The translations under genes were made by a program, and so were the position numbers. A DNA stretch of 64,000 nucleotides from Asterias rubens (lineage: Eukaryota). Positions 1 to 14,300 of the stretch are shown one piece after another. The stretch lies in the NCBI RefSeq assembly GCF_902459465.1, contig NC_047063.1, forward strand, positions 19,282,001 through 19,346,000. The letters are read 5' to 3'. The notes below the pieces were generated by a model, which did not search any database, was not told where the DNA came from, and saw only the letters and a program-made list of their open reading frames with translations. Positions within the stretch are counted from its first letter, which is position 1, and each line of letters begins with the position of its first letter.

Positions 1-893
1 TAAATGGATGATGTATTTCTATTTGATGATCTTCATATTATGCAGATGGTAGATGTCAAGAAAGCTAAAGATAGAGTTCCTCCCTCGTGGTACATTTTAA
101 GCATAATTCCCATGACAAAGTCTCGGTCGTGGACCGACAGTCTCGGCATTTCTGGGATTAGTCATGTTATCTTTAGAACACTAACGAGAAGTTTGTGTAC
201 TAAACATTTGCTGTCAGGTGTGAAAGATGCTTCTCCTGGATTTTAGTAATGTTTTGGGGCCAAGTTTAAAGTAAAACCTTGATCTTTTATATATTAAAAT
301 GGCTATTAACAATGTACCTATTCTCCAGGAAGTTGTATAAAGTTTTCATTTGAGACAGTTGTCAAAAAAATATCTTTATGTTGACACACTTTATAATCTT
401 CATCTGTGCAACTTGTTGTTTCGATACCAGATATCTGAGTACCAAATACTGTACTACTGTGTAATATCAGTTTCAAGAGATTTCTTCCTGATAATTAAAA
501 AAAATGTGCAATCAATACACAGGTATGTTTGGCATAAGTTTTGAATGATGAAAATGAAAGTTACAAGCAATTATCATTATGATGTCAGTTTTTGTTTTGG
601 TTTCTCACAGGATTATTTACTTGATATTTCTCACATGCTTTTTATTGTAACTTCTCTAAGGCCTTCTCTGTGAGTTAAATAAATATATGTAGGCCTACCA
701 GAAAATATTTAACAGGGGCATCAAGGACTTGAAGGTAATAAATAGCCTCCATTGGCTCTGTTGTGAATTATCAGTCCTGCATAGGGTTTCATATCCCTAC
801 AAATGTAAATCCCCAAACAATATTCTGCCTGTACTTTTTTGTTGGTGACTGGTGTCACAAAACTTTAGGAGAGCCAATTATTGATGTACACCA

Positions 894-1096
894 GGGCCCA
901 ATTTCAGAGAGCTGCTTAGCAGAGAAATTTGCTTAGCATGAAATTTCTTCCTTGATAAACACAGGATTACCAACCAATTTGTCATTTGTTGCATATTGCT
1001 TGTTACAGGTATTCAGCTGTTGTCATGTTTTTATCAAGGCAAACAATTTCATGCTAAGCAAATGTTTGTGCTTAGCAGCTCTGTGAAATTGGGCCC
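894..1096. mobile_element. Small MITE, GGGCCCAATTTCA family (relatives at about 3130-3265, 6745-6995, 30665, 39695-40048, 50700-50900)
   Basis: TIR GGGCCCAATTTCA/TGAAATTGGGCCC; shared GCTGCTTAGCA..AAATT.GCTT body. Confidence 0.72.
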
Positions 1097-1576
1097 TGGC
1101 CTAATAGAGGCCACAGAGGCCATGTCCTTGGTCTTGGTTGTGGTGCCCCTTTAAAAGAGTCTCATAGACTTTATGATTTTCTGATGGAAGTGCTCTTGGC
1201 AAAATGAGAATGGCCTTGACTTCTCAAAGATGAAATTCTACATGTTTATCCCATTTCCATTTAGGCCTTGTAACATACATACATCCATGCAAATTATCTA
1301 CGCAGATACAGTATATTAGGCGTCAACAGTACAGTTATGTGATAAACCATGTGATATGAAATGTATTGGGTTGATCTGTGGATGTATTCAATTAGAGTGT
1401 ACTTTTAGCCCTGCTAGAGGCAGAGTATTCACTCTACATTCTGGGCACCGAACTCCAGAGAATTTATCTCCATTTTTGGCACTGCTGTTAGCAATGAATG
1501 AGGACTACACTGTATGTATTTTCTAACTGGTAGACTACAGCTGTACACATGTCATAAGTTTCTTCAAAGTCATTGA

Positions 1577-1905
1577 AGGCAGTGGACGAGTAATGGGGAG
1601 AGGTTGATAGTGTAAAACATTGTGAGAAACGGCTCCCTCTGAAGTGACGTGGTTTTCGAGAAAGATGTAATTTTGCGCGAATTTGATATCGAGACCTCAG
1701 GTTTAGAATTTGAGGTCTCGAAATCAAGCATCTGAAAGCACACAAATTCGTGTGACAAGAGTATTTTTTCTTTCATTATTATCTCGCAACTTCGACGACC
1801 GATTGAGCTCAAATTTCCACAAGTTTGTTATTTTATGCATAAATGTTGAGATACACCAAAGTGAGACGTCTGGTCGTTGAAAATTACCAATAGTGTCCAC
1901 CGTCT
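1577..1905. mobile_element. Kolobok-like MITE, AGGCAGTGGACAC family (internally deleted copy)
   Basis: shared body GAGTAATGGGGAGAGGTTGATAG...GAGAAACGGCTCCCTCTGAAG; terminus GTGTCCAC..CTTTAA. Confidence 0.8.
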
Positions 1906-4900
1906 TTAAGGTACTGTATTAATAAATATAAGCAGACACATTCAAAGGACTCTTAGTAATGTACATTTGTACATGTAATAGATGCACGTAAACGTGCCAA
2001 CTGAATTGTGTCCTTATTTTTATGCCAGTGAGTTATCCTCTAACTGATTTGCAGACTGCCAGTCCTGACAAGCCTTTTCAAGCTGAACTTTGTGAACTTG
2101 TCTGGCGACCCTCGTCCAAACCAAATCACCAAAATCAGATTGAACAGTTTCCCCTCAACCAAACCAAAGTGTGACGATAGACACCTAGCTGGGGGCACAT
2201 ACCTTTTCACTGAGGTCCCAAAGTGTTTTCTATTGTTTGAAGCTGGCTGTAGTTTTCTGCCAACTGTTTCCACGTAAACTCCTGATCCCTCAGACGTGTT
2301 CTTAAACTACCTTTTCTAGTCTGAACTCTTGACTCTACCTGGCCTGACCCCAGCTCTGTTGACAATCCTGAGTGGAATTGCTGGAAAGTTTCTTTCAGTC
2401 TGGCAGGGCCGGCCGGCACCCTCTCTCTCTCCGTCTCATTCTGAAATGCTGCACTTTGCACATTGAATGGTAGCACTGGAGGGTTAGGATAAGACCTAAG
2501 ACTTCTCTTGTCAAGTCGTCTTTGGTTTTTGAAGTTAAAGAGGTTATGTGATGCAAGTGGGGATGCTGCGCCTACTCAAGTCTTTCAGGTTGGTGTTTTT
2601 CCAGTCAAGTCTTTACGTAACTGCAGGTGGGCTTTATGTTTTATAAAATGGCCACAAACTTTTCCAATTGCACATCTACATTGTACATGTAGTCGTCTAG
2701 AGTGCTGAGGTTGGACTGTCTAGCAAAACCTTCCTTTTCATCTTTCTAGCATAATTATAAAAGACACTGATTAATTTGTTGTATGGTTCAAATGCCAAAC
2801 ATCATGCCTGATTCTTATACTACTTTCAGGCCTGAAACTTCATCTTTGAGAGGGCAATGCCATTTTGCAAAATCTTTGGAATCTAATTGAAAATCTTTAA
2901 GTTAGTGGGAAACCTTTGAAGGAGCCCCAAGACCAGTGCAGCAGAGGCCATGACCTCATTGTAATCTCTTGTTTAACTTGATTTGAATTGGAGAAGAAAA
3001 ACAAGACGACTGTACCATCAGGGCATCAGTGTTTTTAACTCAGTTGAGTGTAAAACCGGTACCTTGAGTCTTTGACTGTTTCTTACAGCTGCCTACATGT
3101 AAGCACAAAGAGTAGCTAAGCATAAAAAATGTTGTTTGCCAGAATTAGATTACCAGCCAAACTACGATGTCCATGCGTACAATTTGTGACTGGTAACCTG
3201 TTAATTTCTGCTTAGTTGAAGCAGTATTTTCTGCTTTAAAAGCAGCTCTATGAAATTTGGCCCTGGTGCCAGCAGGCCTCTTACTACCTAGGGTAAACAC
3301 TGGACCCTGTAGTTCCCTGGATAGCATGCCCCAATCTGAGTTTGAGTTTTGAGTTTGCTATTGTAGCCATGTTTTCCTTTGGATAACAGATTTAAGGTCA
3401 GGTATCTACATACAATACATGGGCATAGAACTGTCAATCCAGAGTCAAACAATGGTTTCCGGACTACTGTACACATGAACTATTTTTGCGGGCAATAAAT
3501 TCACCAATTGTAAAATGAACATGATTGTACCATGGAGGTAGAAATTGATTGTACACATGGTACACATGCAGGCGTGATATTCTTTCTACTCTAGTCTGAT
3601 TTCAGATGTTTTTCTCTTGTGAAAAATCTGGATTTTTTTTGGATTAAATAGCCTAAAAAGTCTACTACATGAAGTATTTAATGGAGATCCTGTGTACAGT
3701 ATGTCAGGATTTGTACTATGTCAGGATTCATAGTTTTTGTACTCAATATAGCCTAAGCATCCTACTCTTTTGGCTACCCTTAGCCTTTTGTAAAGTACAT
3801 GTAGCCCTTCGGGCTAGTAAACTGTACGTTTTATAAATGCCTCAAGGAGGTTGGTTTTAGTAGATTTAAAAAAAAGGTTGATATTAAATATTTAATGTGT
3901 AGTAGCGATCACAGTTAGTTCAATGGTCCAATGAAGTTGCATTCACACACTAAATAAGTTCACACTTTCTTAACGTTTATTATTCACATCTGAAAAGAAA
4001 GAAATATGAGCATCAAACAAGTAGGTTGCACCATGGCTACCTCCATGGTTTCACAGTTTAGAGTAGCCCACCATGGAACATTGAGACAGGGTGTGTTACT
4101 AGCCCAGCATGATAGGCATATGCCAGGCTATGTGTAAATGGGTAAGCCCTGGTCTGTGATTCAACTGTCACCCTTTGCACATTGTGTTTGCACCTCTTGT
4201 CTTTTCTCAAATATGAATTCCATTCAGAAATCCCCCCTCTGCTCTCTGGTGCTGTGTGTTTTTATGTGAGCGGGAGACTTTACACACCAGTGTTTACTAA
4301 GGGACCCTGTAGCCAGGGATAGCCCATCAATACATGCTCTTTGTTCCTGACAGAGTTGTTTAGGTTGGGATGAGTTTATGGATAACAATAGGGAGAGTGA
4401 AGGGGACCTACAATGTATGTGTGGGAAACTATTTGTTACTCATCCTGGGATCATACGCTCATTCTTTCAGTTCAAAGACCACATGGCTGTGTGTATGAAT
4501 GGGAACGCATTGCGGGTTTCTCCGAAGTAGTTTCAGTATTCATTTATGCTACTGTTATCTTCAGTTCGTGGGTGTACTGTATGTGTATGCAAGAGCTCTT
4601 TGGAGGATTATTTCTTTTCACTGTGTACTGTCTACAGATAAGAAGTGAAATATTGAGACTGATGACTCGTTGGCTTGCCATGGAAGCTTGAAGTCGCTGT
4701 TATTAGTAATTGTTACACAAGTAGTTGTTGAACCGTCAGCAAGAAATGATTTTCGGAATACAGTACACATCATAAACAGTACATGAGTATCATATGACAT
4801 GAATGATGTATGGTTTTTGCCTCGTGGGGTGAGTAACTTTTAACACATAATGCCCCTATTGATGTTGATGTTAGGATAATAAATGTTTTAAAAGTAAACA

Positions 4901-7854
4901 CTTGATATTGGCTCATAGGCCGTATCATTGTGATTTATGGTAATGTTGGGACAAAAAGTACATGTATCTTTGTATGTGTACTAACTGGTCCTCGCTCTAT
5001 GGTTGTACTAGTGGTAGGAGCAACGACATGTGTAGGGCTTACTACTGTGTTGTAATGTAGGCCTACACGTGTATTGTATTTTATGTGTATTGTATCCATG
5101 GTCTGAAGTGAACAGGACTGGTTGAATATGAACACAGTGAATACTGAATAAATTGTGAACTGGTAAAGGCCCTGTAGTTTACAATGTTTAAACCATTGCA
5201 CAGTTGCCAACGAGGCACTTGGGTGGAGTTCTACCTCCATGGGTGGAGGGGGTATAAACCTCAGAAATCATTTAAGATACCTAAATTGCACGGTAGTGCT
5301 TCCCTACATTTTAGATGAAATTAACAAAAATCATACATCTTATAGAGACAGTTGTGGTGCTTTTAAAACCAAAACATTCTGAGGTCCTCGTTTTTGAATT
5401 TAGCGTCCTTTGGCCAAACATCCCAACAATTTTGAAAATCCTGGGACCAACCCTGATAGGCCCTACTGATTTTAACCTAGAACTTGGAAAATGATTGCAG
5501 GTATTGCTATTACACTATGGTAAAAGTCACTTTAATGACAACAACATTTGAATCCAGAATCCACCTTTTTCCTTTTCTAATGGCATTCCCAGTTGTCCAA
5601 CATGTTTAAAACTACTGGATATAAAAAAAATTGAATAAGGAGCTTTCAGTAGTCAGTATCTTCAGGAATTTCATAAATGATCATCATTCCGTGAATGATG
5701 CCCTTGTATTTAGAAAGGCATAATTTGCTACTCAGTTTCTGAGCAGTCAGTTTGCGCAAAACAAAATCCCTTGCGGTTTACAAATCTTTAAAAAATAATA
5801 AATATAAATACATTTGATCAATTGCTATGCAAAATTGCTGGATAAAGTCCTACCCTATAAAAAGAAAACAACCCAATAGCAGCCTTGTTTTTTTCCAGGC
5901 AGATAAACAGGGTCTGTAATCAGATAAAAGTCAGAAACTTGCCATGCTTGCAAAGTAGGAACATAAATAGACTTGTTTCAAAGTTGTTGTTTTATATTAA
6001 CATCATCTTGGGTCAATGACCTCTGATGCTGTTGGAGTTTTGTTACTGATAATCACCATGGTGATTGTTTTCCCAGAATGAGACCCCCTTAGCTTGACCC
6101 TGTCAAGATCAGGACCCCATGCCATTCAAATTGTTATTTTTTGTCATTAAATCTGATCAACTCAAGTTGAAAAAAATACTTCATAAATTAGGTTAGGCCT
6201 ATAAGGTGAAACAGTTTCACCTTGTAACTAAGTACTTTATGTAAGAATTGACCAATAAACCTGCAAGATAGTGCTCGTTTTTGTGTAAGTCATTATCATT
6301 CTCCTGGACTTTGCCAATCTTGTTGATGAAGTGTTGCCATTACTTTCAGGCGAAATGTCAGGAAAATCATCCAGAAAGAGAAATGGCCTGGTTTTGTAAA
6401 ATAATTGTTTTTGTTTTTTTAATGACCCAACACCAACACAAGCAAATTGAAGGTCAATTAGTTGAACGGTTGGCAATAAGAATTACCTGTTGGGTCTATA
6501 AAACCCTACTCTGCAAATTTACAACAAAATGCACGAAATGGTCAAAGTTGAAACATTTTGTTGTATATTTTAGCATTCAACCTAAATCACAAATTCTGTT
6601 TCACCATGGTTGCACTGTGCTGATACATAACATTGTACGTAGCAGAGTTTTACATGGCCTTGACACGTAATGTACATGTATATTGTTAGTCCCCTGTCAA
6701 ACTTGACTGCCTTGGTGCATTTAGCAGGGTGACTACTGGTTACTAAACGGCCCAATTTCATAACGCTGCTTAGCGTCCGATTTTGTGCTGACTGTGCAAT
6801 TTCTATTTCATTGCGCTGCCAACCGTAAGCACACAAAAAGGCATGCTAACCTTCTGGTGCTTACCGCATTCAAATAAATGACTGTCACAATGCAAATCCA
6901 TGGTAAACAGCCAATTTTTTATGCTAACCTGTCAAATTTCTGCTGCAGTAAGCACGCAAATTTGCTTATTGTTAGGCAGCGCTATGAAATTGGCACTATG
7001 GTGGTTTCATTAATAGGGTTATAAGAAGAAGATTTGCTGGTCCCTTGAGAAGAGTCAGTTCATTAACGAGACACAGCGATAAATTATGAAGTTCTTTGTA
7101 AACACCAGGAATTGTTAATAGTTACTTTTTATTTCAGGACTGTCACATTTTTAAATTATGGGCACCACACATGTTAGTTCACAGACGTTTTTTTTATGTA
7201 AATAAATGCGCCTAACCCTTATTTTATCACCTACCAGTGCACACCGCACAGCATCATTGGGAACGTGACTCCCAAAAATGCTCAACCAAGATATAGGTGA
7301 ATTGAGTGAACACAGTGGTTTTTTAAATGTACATGTTCACACACGTGTAGGTACAAAGCAATACACATGTGATTAGTGAAAAAGCCAATAATGGTTACAA
7401 ATGAATGGCACAGGAAGTTGTATCATTCAATCCTAAACACACCCTCTGGATGCAGATACAGGAGTAGTGTAGAGACCCTTTAGTATTTGGTTTGTTGTGG
7501 TCACGATTGAGTCACCTTGTAATTATTGAAACTTTTTTTTATGGAGAACAATCATCATTCATGGGCGTTGAGTCATGACATAACAATGTTTTGTTGACCT
7601 GTGGATGTTAAAAAATACATAATAAATACTTTTAAAAAATCCATAGTTCTTTAGTTTACACGCATGCATATCTGAACCAATTTTGCAGTGTCGGGGCAAG
7701 ATTGTTTTGGAAATTCTTAAACTCAGAGTGTCTGTAAAACTATTTTTGTTTCTTTTCTTTTAAACTCTCCAGTGCTCTTTACCAAGTAATTGTTCATGGT
7801 CATTAAATTGTGGAGGAGTTAGGGGTAATTATAAAAAGAACACCCTGCCTTTAA

Positions 7855-8392
7855 AGGATTTGGGTACTTTTTGTAACACAAAACACAATGTCCACATATT
7901 TACATTAAACTTGCACTGTTTGAAGATAATGATAGTAGAAAGTGTTCCTTAAAATACTAGTTGCTGAGGTGCTGTAGTTTTTGAGAAATGAGTAAAACAA
8001 TGTAATAAAAATACGTTTTTACATCCTACATGAACACTGAGAAAAAAATTATTTTCATGACATTGTTTAACTCATTTCTCGAAAATTACAGCACCTCATA
8101 GTGCCAGGTAATATTTTCAGGGAAGCTGTCATTTCATTTCATTTCATTTTATTTGCCAGCAAACATGAAAAAAAACACGTGTATTAAAAAATTACACATC
8201 AAAGATTTACATGAAAAAGCAACCCAATGGTTATAAAAGGAGAACAAAAACAAAAACAAAAAATATATGTAAAAACACTAGCAAATTACTGAGACCCCTG
8301 GCCTGGCCGCAGGCAGTTATCTTCAAACTGTAAGTTTAGTATAAATCTGTACACATTGTGTTTTTTTGTCCAACAAAAAGTACATAGACCCT
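7855..8392. mobile_element. TTAA MITE, AGGATTTGGGTAC family (other copies 17446-~17645 partial, 38612-38983); this copy has an (ATTTC)n-tailed insertion
   Basis: shared body TTTGTAACACAAAACACAATGTCCACAGATTTAC...; TTAA flanks. Confidence 0.78.
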
Positions 8393-9179
8393 TTAAAATC
8401 AGCCATTAAATTTGCCCAATTACATAATGATGTACATGTTCACGTAATTGGCCAACATTTTCTAGCAATGGATGTTTTAAAATTTGTATTGCTTTAAAAA
8501 TTAAAGGCTGTTTTCTGATTTTTTATATTTTTTTATAAATATTTTAAGAGAACTCAAAATTTTAAGTTTGAGCTATTTTGTTTACCCATTCATCAACTAT
8601 TTGTTTAGGCCCACTGACTGTTCTGAATGGTGCACTTTTCCCAATACATTTAAATACAGTAGGTTGTTGTTGTTCTGGTGCGTTTATTGCAAACTGTGAG
8701 GTTTTAGACTTTTTCAAAAAGCAATGATGATTCACCTTCAATCTTCACAATGTAATAGTCATTACACCTGCTTGCAGTCAGGGCATAAAAGCCTGAGTTA
8801 CACCGAGTATTTTTTAGAACGACACTAAAGCTGACACACTTTGTAACTTATATCCACGCTTTGATTAAATAATCACTTTCACCACCATCAAATTAACAAC
8901 CATACTCTTGACCATCAGGGAATCCGCTTTCATCATTATCACAGGACAGGCGCGTAAGAATATTATTACTTTGCAACTATGCCACTTGGGTTGGGAAAAC
9001 CACACAAGGGCCCCCCTGCCTTTCCCACCCAAGGATGCATTGCCAATTCTCAATAAGCAACTATTTATATTGGAAATTAAACATCCATTGTACCAGGGAC
9101 CCCTCACTGATGTGCACACTTCCATGGTTCTATTGGATTAATGCTTGGAGGCTGCATTTCCATTTGTAATCACGATCGC

Positions 9180-9180
<1 letters not shown>

Positions 9181-9216
<36 letters not shown>
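9181..9216. repeat. poly-C tract (36 nt)
   Basis: direct reading. Confidence 0.95.
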
Positions 9217-9217
<1 letters not shown>

Positions 9218-10931
9218 TTCCGTGTTAGTCTGCTGGCAACCGAGGCAGAAATATTAAGATTTCTCTCTTCTTCATTCTCCTCATAGTCTGGGAATTCTTG
9301 AATTAAGAAATTCCCCCGCCAGCCCCCACGGTGGTTGTGTCTTGAAGATTTTGAATTTGGGTCTGTATGAAGTAGACCACTCGTGAAAATCTGGGCCACA
9401 TGCACAATTGGCGGTTGTAGTGATAATAGTGCGAGTCTGGATTAGGTTTCACTTTGACTTTGAATTCATTTACGTGTATAGTTTTTTAACTATAGGGATT
9501 TATAATACACCATCGACCTTTGAAAAGAAAATGTTTTGTGTTGGAGTTTGTGCAAGTCTAATGCTTTTGTTGATTGCTGCAAATCCTGCCATCATTTACA
9601 AGGGTTTAGACACTATTGCAATCTGGAAAACGTTGCATAATTTGTGTAAATTGCAGTTAACAGATTATTCTTCCTGAATGGACATAACCACTTTGATTTG
9701 CGGCGATATTTAAACACTGCTACCACTTTTTGAAATGACATTTTCACAAGTTATGGTTATTATTGTAGCCTAATACACTAGGGTTATTAAAACAATCAAG
9801 CGTTTAAACGCTACCTGAAGTTGCCTTTATTTAATTTATTATAAAAACAGTAGGCATATTTTGTTGAAAGATCCTACGTAAGATTTTTAATTTTGTTTAA
9901 AACAAATGCAAAATTAATAAAAACTAAAAACACGAGGGATCCTCTCTCTGATTCAAGATATAAATGCCAAAGTGAACAACGTCTCATCCATAACTTAAGT
10001 TGACCCAATTTTGCCCAAAGACATGAAACAATTTATATATTTTGGCGACACAGAAAGTTTTGATAAAATAGCAGGGCTGTATGCTTCGTTTTGAAAGGGT
10101 TAGGGCACCAAGGCATTTTCTTCTTGGTAAAGGGCACCCTATGATGAAATTGCAAATTTCTGCTGGAGCATTTCAAGGGCACCAAGGCAATGACCAGGGG
10201 ACACGGAGGCAATCGCCTTCGTTGCCTCCGTGAAGTATCAGGCCTGAAATAGTACGAATGAGCCACCATGATGAGGGGGAGAAAGTCCACACAATTGTCA
10301 CAAGGGTTTGTCCAGGACAGAGTACTCCAACACTAACAGAAAACTGGAGAGATAACCAACCTGAGAAAATAAAACCAGGTTTTGCTTACTTTATTTCCAT
10401 CCCCAAACACAAACAGCCTTCAGGGAGCCTGGCTGCAAGTCTAGCCAGAGTTTGTTTAGCCTTGTTAGTGTGAGCCTAGTGGCTAGTCTAACCTGGTTTC
10501 TGCATAGAGTAAGGACAGAGAGTACCTGCTCAATATAATACAACACACCAGTTGGTTAATTGGATTGGAATGTTGCATCACACCTATGCCCTCCTCCTAT
10601 GATTAGAGAGAAAACTCATGATGTATGATTTTCCTTGCACAAGCTGCAAGATGGAGGGGCTGAGAGCTATTAGTATAAGGGGGTGATCTGCAGTTGTCAC
10701 GTAGGCATTTTAAAACTTGGCAAATAACGTTCACCCTTATTTATTTTCATGCATGCAACAGATTGTCAAGTGTTTTGTTTTCATCTTAAAACCGTCCCAA
10801 CGTCTTAAATTGCAAATAAGAAAATGAAAATGTTTGTGTGCAACAATAAGAGAAGACTTGTGTTATTTGTGAGAGCAGTTTGCAGAATCCTCCTCTTGAC
10901 ATGTTTGTATTGGTTTCTCCCTGTGCATTAA

Positions 10932-11301
10932 AGGCAGTGGACACTATTGGTAAATGTCAAAGACTACACAGTTGGTGTATCTCAACATGCATAAAATAAC
11001 AAACCTGTGAAAATTTGAGCTCAATCGGTCATCAAAGTTGCGCGATAATAATGAAAGAAAAATAACCTTTGCCACACGAAGTTGTGTGCATTTAGATGGT
11101 TGATTTCCGGGCCTCAAGTTCTAAATCTGAGGTCTCTAAATCAAAAATCGTGGGAAATAACTTCTTTCGCGAAAACTATGGCACTTCAGTGGGAGCCGTT
11201 TCTCACAATGTTTTATACCATCAACCTCTCCCCATTACTTGTCACCAAGATAGGTTTTATGCCAATAATTATTTTGAGTAATTACCAATAGTGTCCACTG
11301 C
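10932..11301. mobile_element. Kolobok-like MITE, AGGCAGTGGACAC family
   Basis: TTAA+AGGCAGTGGACAC start, family body in reverse orientation. Confidence 0.8.
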
Positions 11302-14300
11302 TGGCGTATCTGTCAGATAAAGGCAAATTACACAAAATGCGGATGATGAAAAAAAATAATACATGCAAGTGCTTACAATAAATATCAATATTTAAAACAT
11401 TATTTTCATTATTATTATATTTTGGGAGGACTTCAAAGTCAGGACTCCAGAACTGTGGAAATTATTCATCAATTTGCAGGGTCCATAGAGTAGTTCGAAG
11501 TGGTTTATGATTTGCCCATTTTTGCCACTGTGTACACTAATTTATTCCTGGAAGTGGTTAGGATAACTGCCAGGAAATTGTTCAGTACCTTGTAAATCAT
11601 TGACTAATGAACTACAGCCTTGGCTTCCCCATTGTATGACCCAATTCATAGTATACACTGATTATATGCGTAAATGGGTGGTGAACAATTCATTATTTCA
11701 AGAGGGGCTCCAAGGTCAAATTGAGTTTGTGATGCATTTATTTTTCAATAGAGTCCTCATGAAAGTGGGGCAAAAGGTACAGTTTCCTATCTTATGTTGA
11801 TGGTGAAGTCATAGCCTCAACTTCAAGTCTGTTTATAACAATTCTGCATTAAAAGGTAGACAATATTTTTGAAATGTGGTCTCAACAAACTTTGGGAACT
11901 AGCCCAATGCTTTTCCTACCTGGCTCAGGCCAGTTTTTTCAGTGGTCGGGTGGGTATGTTGAGCCCTGGTATGTAGTGATATACCTACATGTAGGTTTGT
12001 CCATGGAGCCATACAAAAAAAAACCAGTGGTTTGTCATTACACATGTGATTGTAGACTAGATGCCTCTACAATAGGATGTAAATTGTTTGTCAAATCCTA
12101 AACAGAGCATGGATTCTTATGAAGCAGCCCTTTTTGCTGTTGGATTTTGACATATCTGTTAAGTACATTTGCAGTGTACCACATCAGTTTGCATACTATG
12201 AATGCATCAGTCAATACAAAGTTCAGTATGTTATTCGGTTATGTGCAATAGCAATGTGTGACATTAGCCTTTAGATGGAGACAAATAACTGTCGGTAATG
12301 GGTTCTAGTTAGTGGTGAAGTGTCCACAGCTAATGTGTGTAAATACCAAATGGACAACTGCGGCTAAATTTAGATCTCGCTTGGCAAGGTGAATAAAGAA
12401 AAGTGTTATTGCAAATGTAAACTTTCTTTGATAAGATCAAAGAAGTGGTTCATTGTTGAAGGTTTGTTTTTGAGCACTAACTTATTCAAATTGGGGACCC
12501 GAGAACAGAATCTTGAGGTGCATGAACAAACACATAATGTAGGGACTTGAAAATCTATGAGCGTTGCACCATGCTCACATCCTTGACTCATTAGCAGAGA
12601 ATTTTGCAATAAACAGGGCCATAAAATTTAGTTGTGTTGTACACATCTTAAACCATTGACCATCATTTTGTAGTCCACACACTGTACATATTATTTTCAC
12701 CCTAATTTACTGTACAGATTTTTTCATACTGCACATTGCAATGGACATAATATGGCTAGATGCATCTTTTTCCGCATTGACTCAAAGGGAAGATTATGTG
12801 TTTTCTTTTAATTTAATTTGATTAACACTGCATTTCATGGACCACCTCGAATGTGATCGAACAATCAGTTAATAAGTTAATAAGTTTTAAATCAGTAATT
12901 TGCAATGTTGAATAATATTTGAGGGATTATTTTGGTGTCTTTCACAATTTACTGAAGACAGAAATAATTTATTGCAGTCGAGTACAGTATTGTGTTCTGC
13001 CAAGTTCACCACAAACAAAATATTTTTTCCTGCACTGTTGTGGTTGATTTTCTGCACAGGAGCAAGTAAGTGAAACCGAGTATGAACTGCTGCGACCTGC
13101 CCAATTGAATTAATGCTTGAAAAATTATTGACATCTGCAATGTAGCGAGTCTTCGCAAGTTCAATGCAGCGGAGGGACAACATTTGCAGCTGCATGAAGC
13201 TGTTGCAACTTGGCGAATACAGTGCCGCTTTTTATCTGTACTGGTCCCAACTTTGCAAAGAATTTGGCATTGAGCAGAGCCTTGACATTGGGCAGGACGT
13301 GCTCTTAAGACTACCCTGATGAATATTGTCTGGTAAAAACTGATGTGATATGGGCTAGTATAATCCACTTTTCAACTTGCCCTGTGGGCTACTGACAATT
13401 TCTTCCTTCTGAACTTGAAAGCTGTGTTCATTATTTTTGAGTAGTGAATGTAGCTCAACTTGACCATTGTGGTTGCTACAATTACTTCATCAGAAAGATA
13501 AATTTGTGACAGAAGACCCTCAGATTCACAACACACATCGCATACACGCACATTTTTTGTCCGCATTTTGTGTCAAAACAGGCACAAAAGGAAGGACTCC
13601 TCCTAAAAGGCACAAAATAATTCACGGGCACTGTTCAAAGGTGCGTAAACACTTGTACTATCCTTTCATGCACATTTTGACTTGCAAAATGGCAGACTAG
13701 AGACGTGCGTGTATGTGCGCTGCGCATTGTGCATCAGGTGCTATTAAAACTTAGGCTGCTAAAACTTCCTGGGGGCAAGTAACATGCACAGTTTACTAGC
13801 CCAGTGGGCTGCTTAACAAAAAGCTTAAACTCTAGGCCTGCTTGGCCTTTTATGTTTATTGTTTGAGATGATGCAGAGATGATGAAAGACTCTTGTGAAG
13901 ATTGGTTCTTTTCTGCAATTAATGAGAAATATGAGAGGCTAAGAATCATCAAAAGTTGACCGATGAATATGGCACTGTCTTGATCGTGATTTTCATCAGT
14001 AATTTCTCGGTTTTGACCTTCCTGTCTTCCAGTGGTTAAAATATTGAAACGAAAGCTAGCTGAAGGAAGGGGTCCATGTTGCTTCATGGGACACATAGAA
14101 CTGCCAACTCTCCCGAGTTACGCAGAAAGTTTCCTGATAACAAACCAATTTGTCCATATTCAGGCATGCAACTCTTCCGCGTTTCCGTGGAATTCCGTGT
14201 TTAATTTTTTTTTTTTTTAACCTAATATATGCCTGGCAACAACAGTGTACAACTACAATCATGTAAAATAAGCCTAGTACATGCTAACAATGCACCTAAG

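Noticed and set aside
1488-1812. Recurrent MCAFRCLIS / MSSIGRRSCE ORFs as transposase genes
   Set aside because: Short, inconsistent frames inside ~350-bp non-autonomous MITEs; no DDE or other domain
3529-3542. ACCATGGAG-GTAG as a two-codon SRPK start exon
   Set aside because: The same CCATGGAGGTAG occurs in both orientations at ~4040, ~5232 and ~43072, so it is a dispersed repeat motif
9130-9405. Minus-strand ORF with poly-Gly
   Set aside because: The Gly run is the poly-C tract; no recognisable homology and no linked exons found
12887-14096. Nested gene or transposase remnant from several overlapping 100-120 aa ORFs
   Set aside because: No recognisable domain in any frame and no consistent splice pattern
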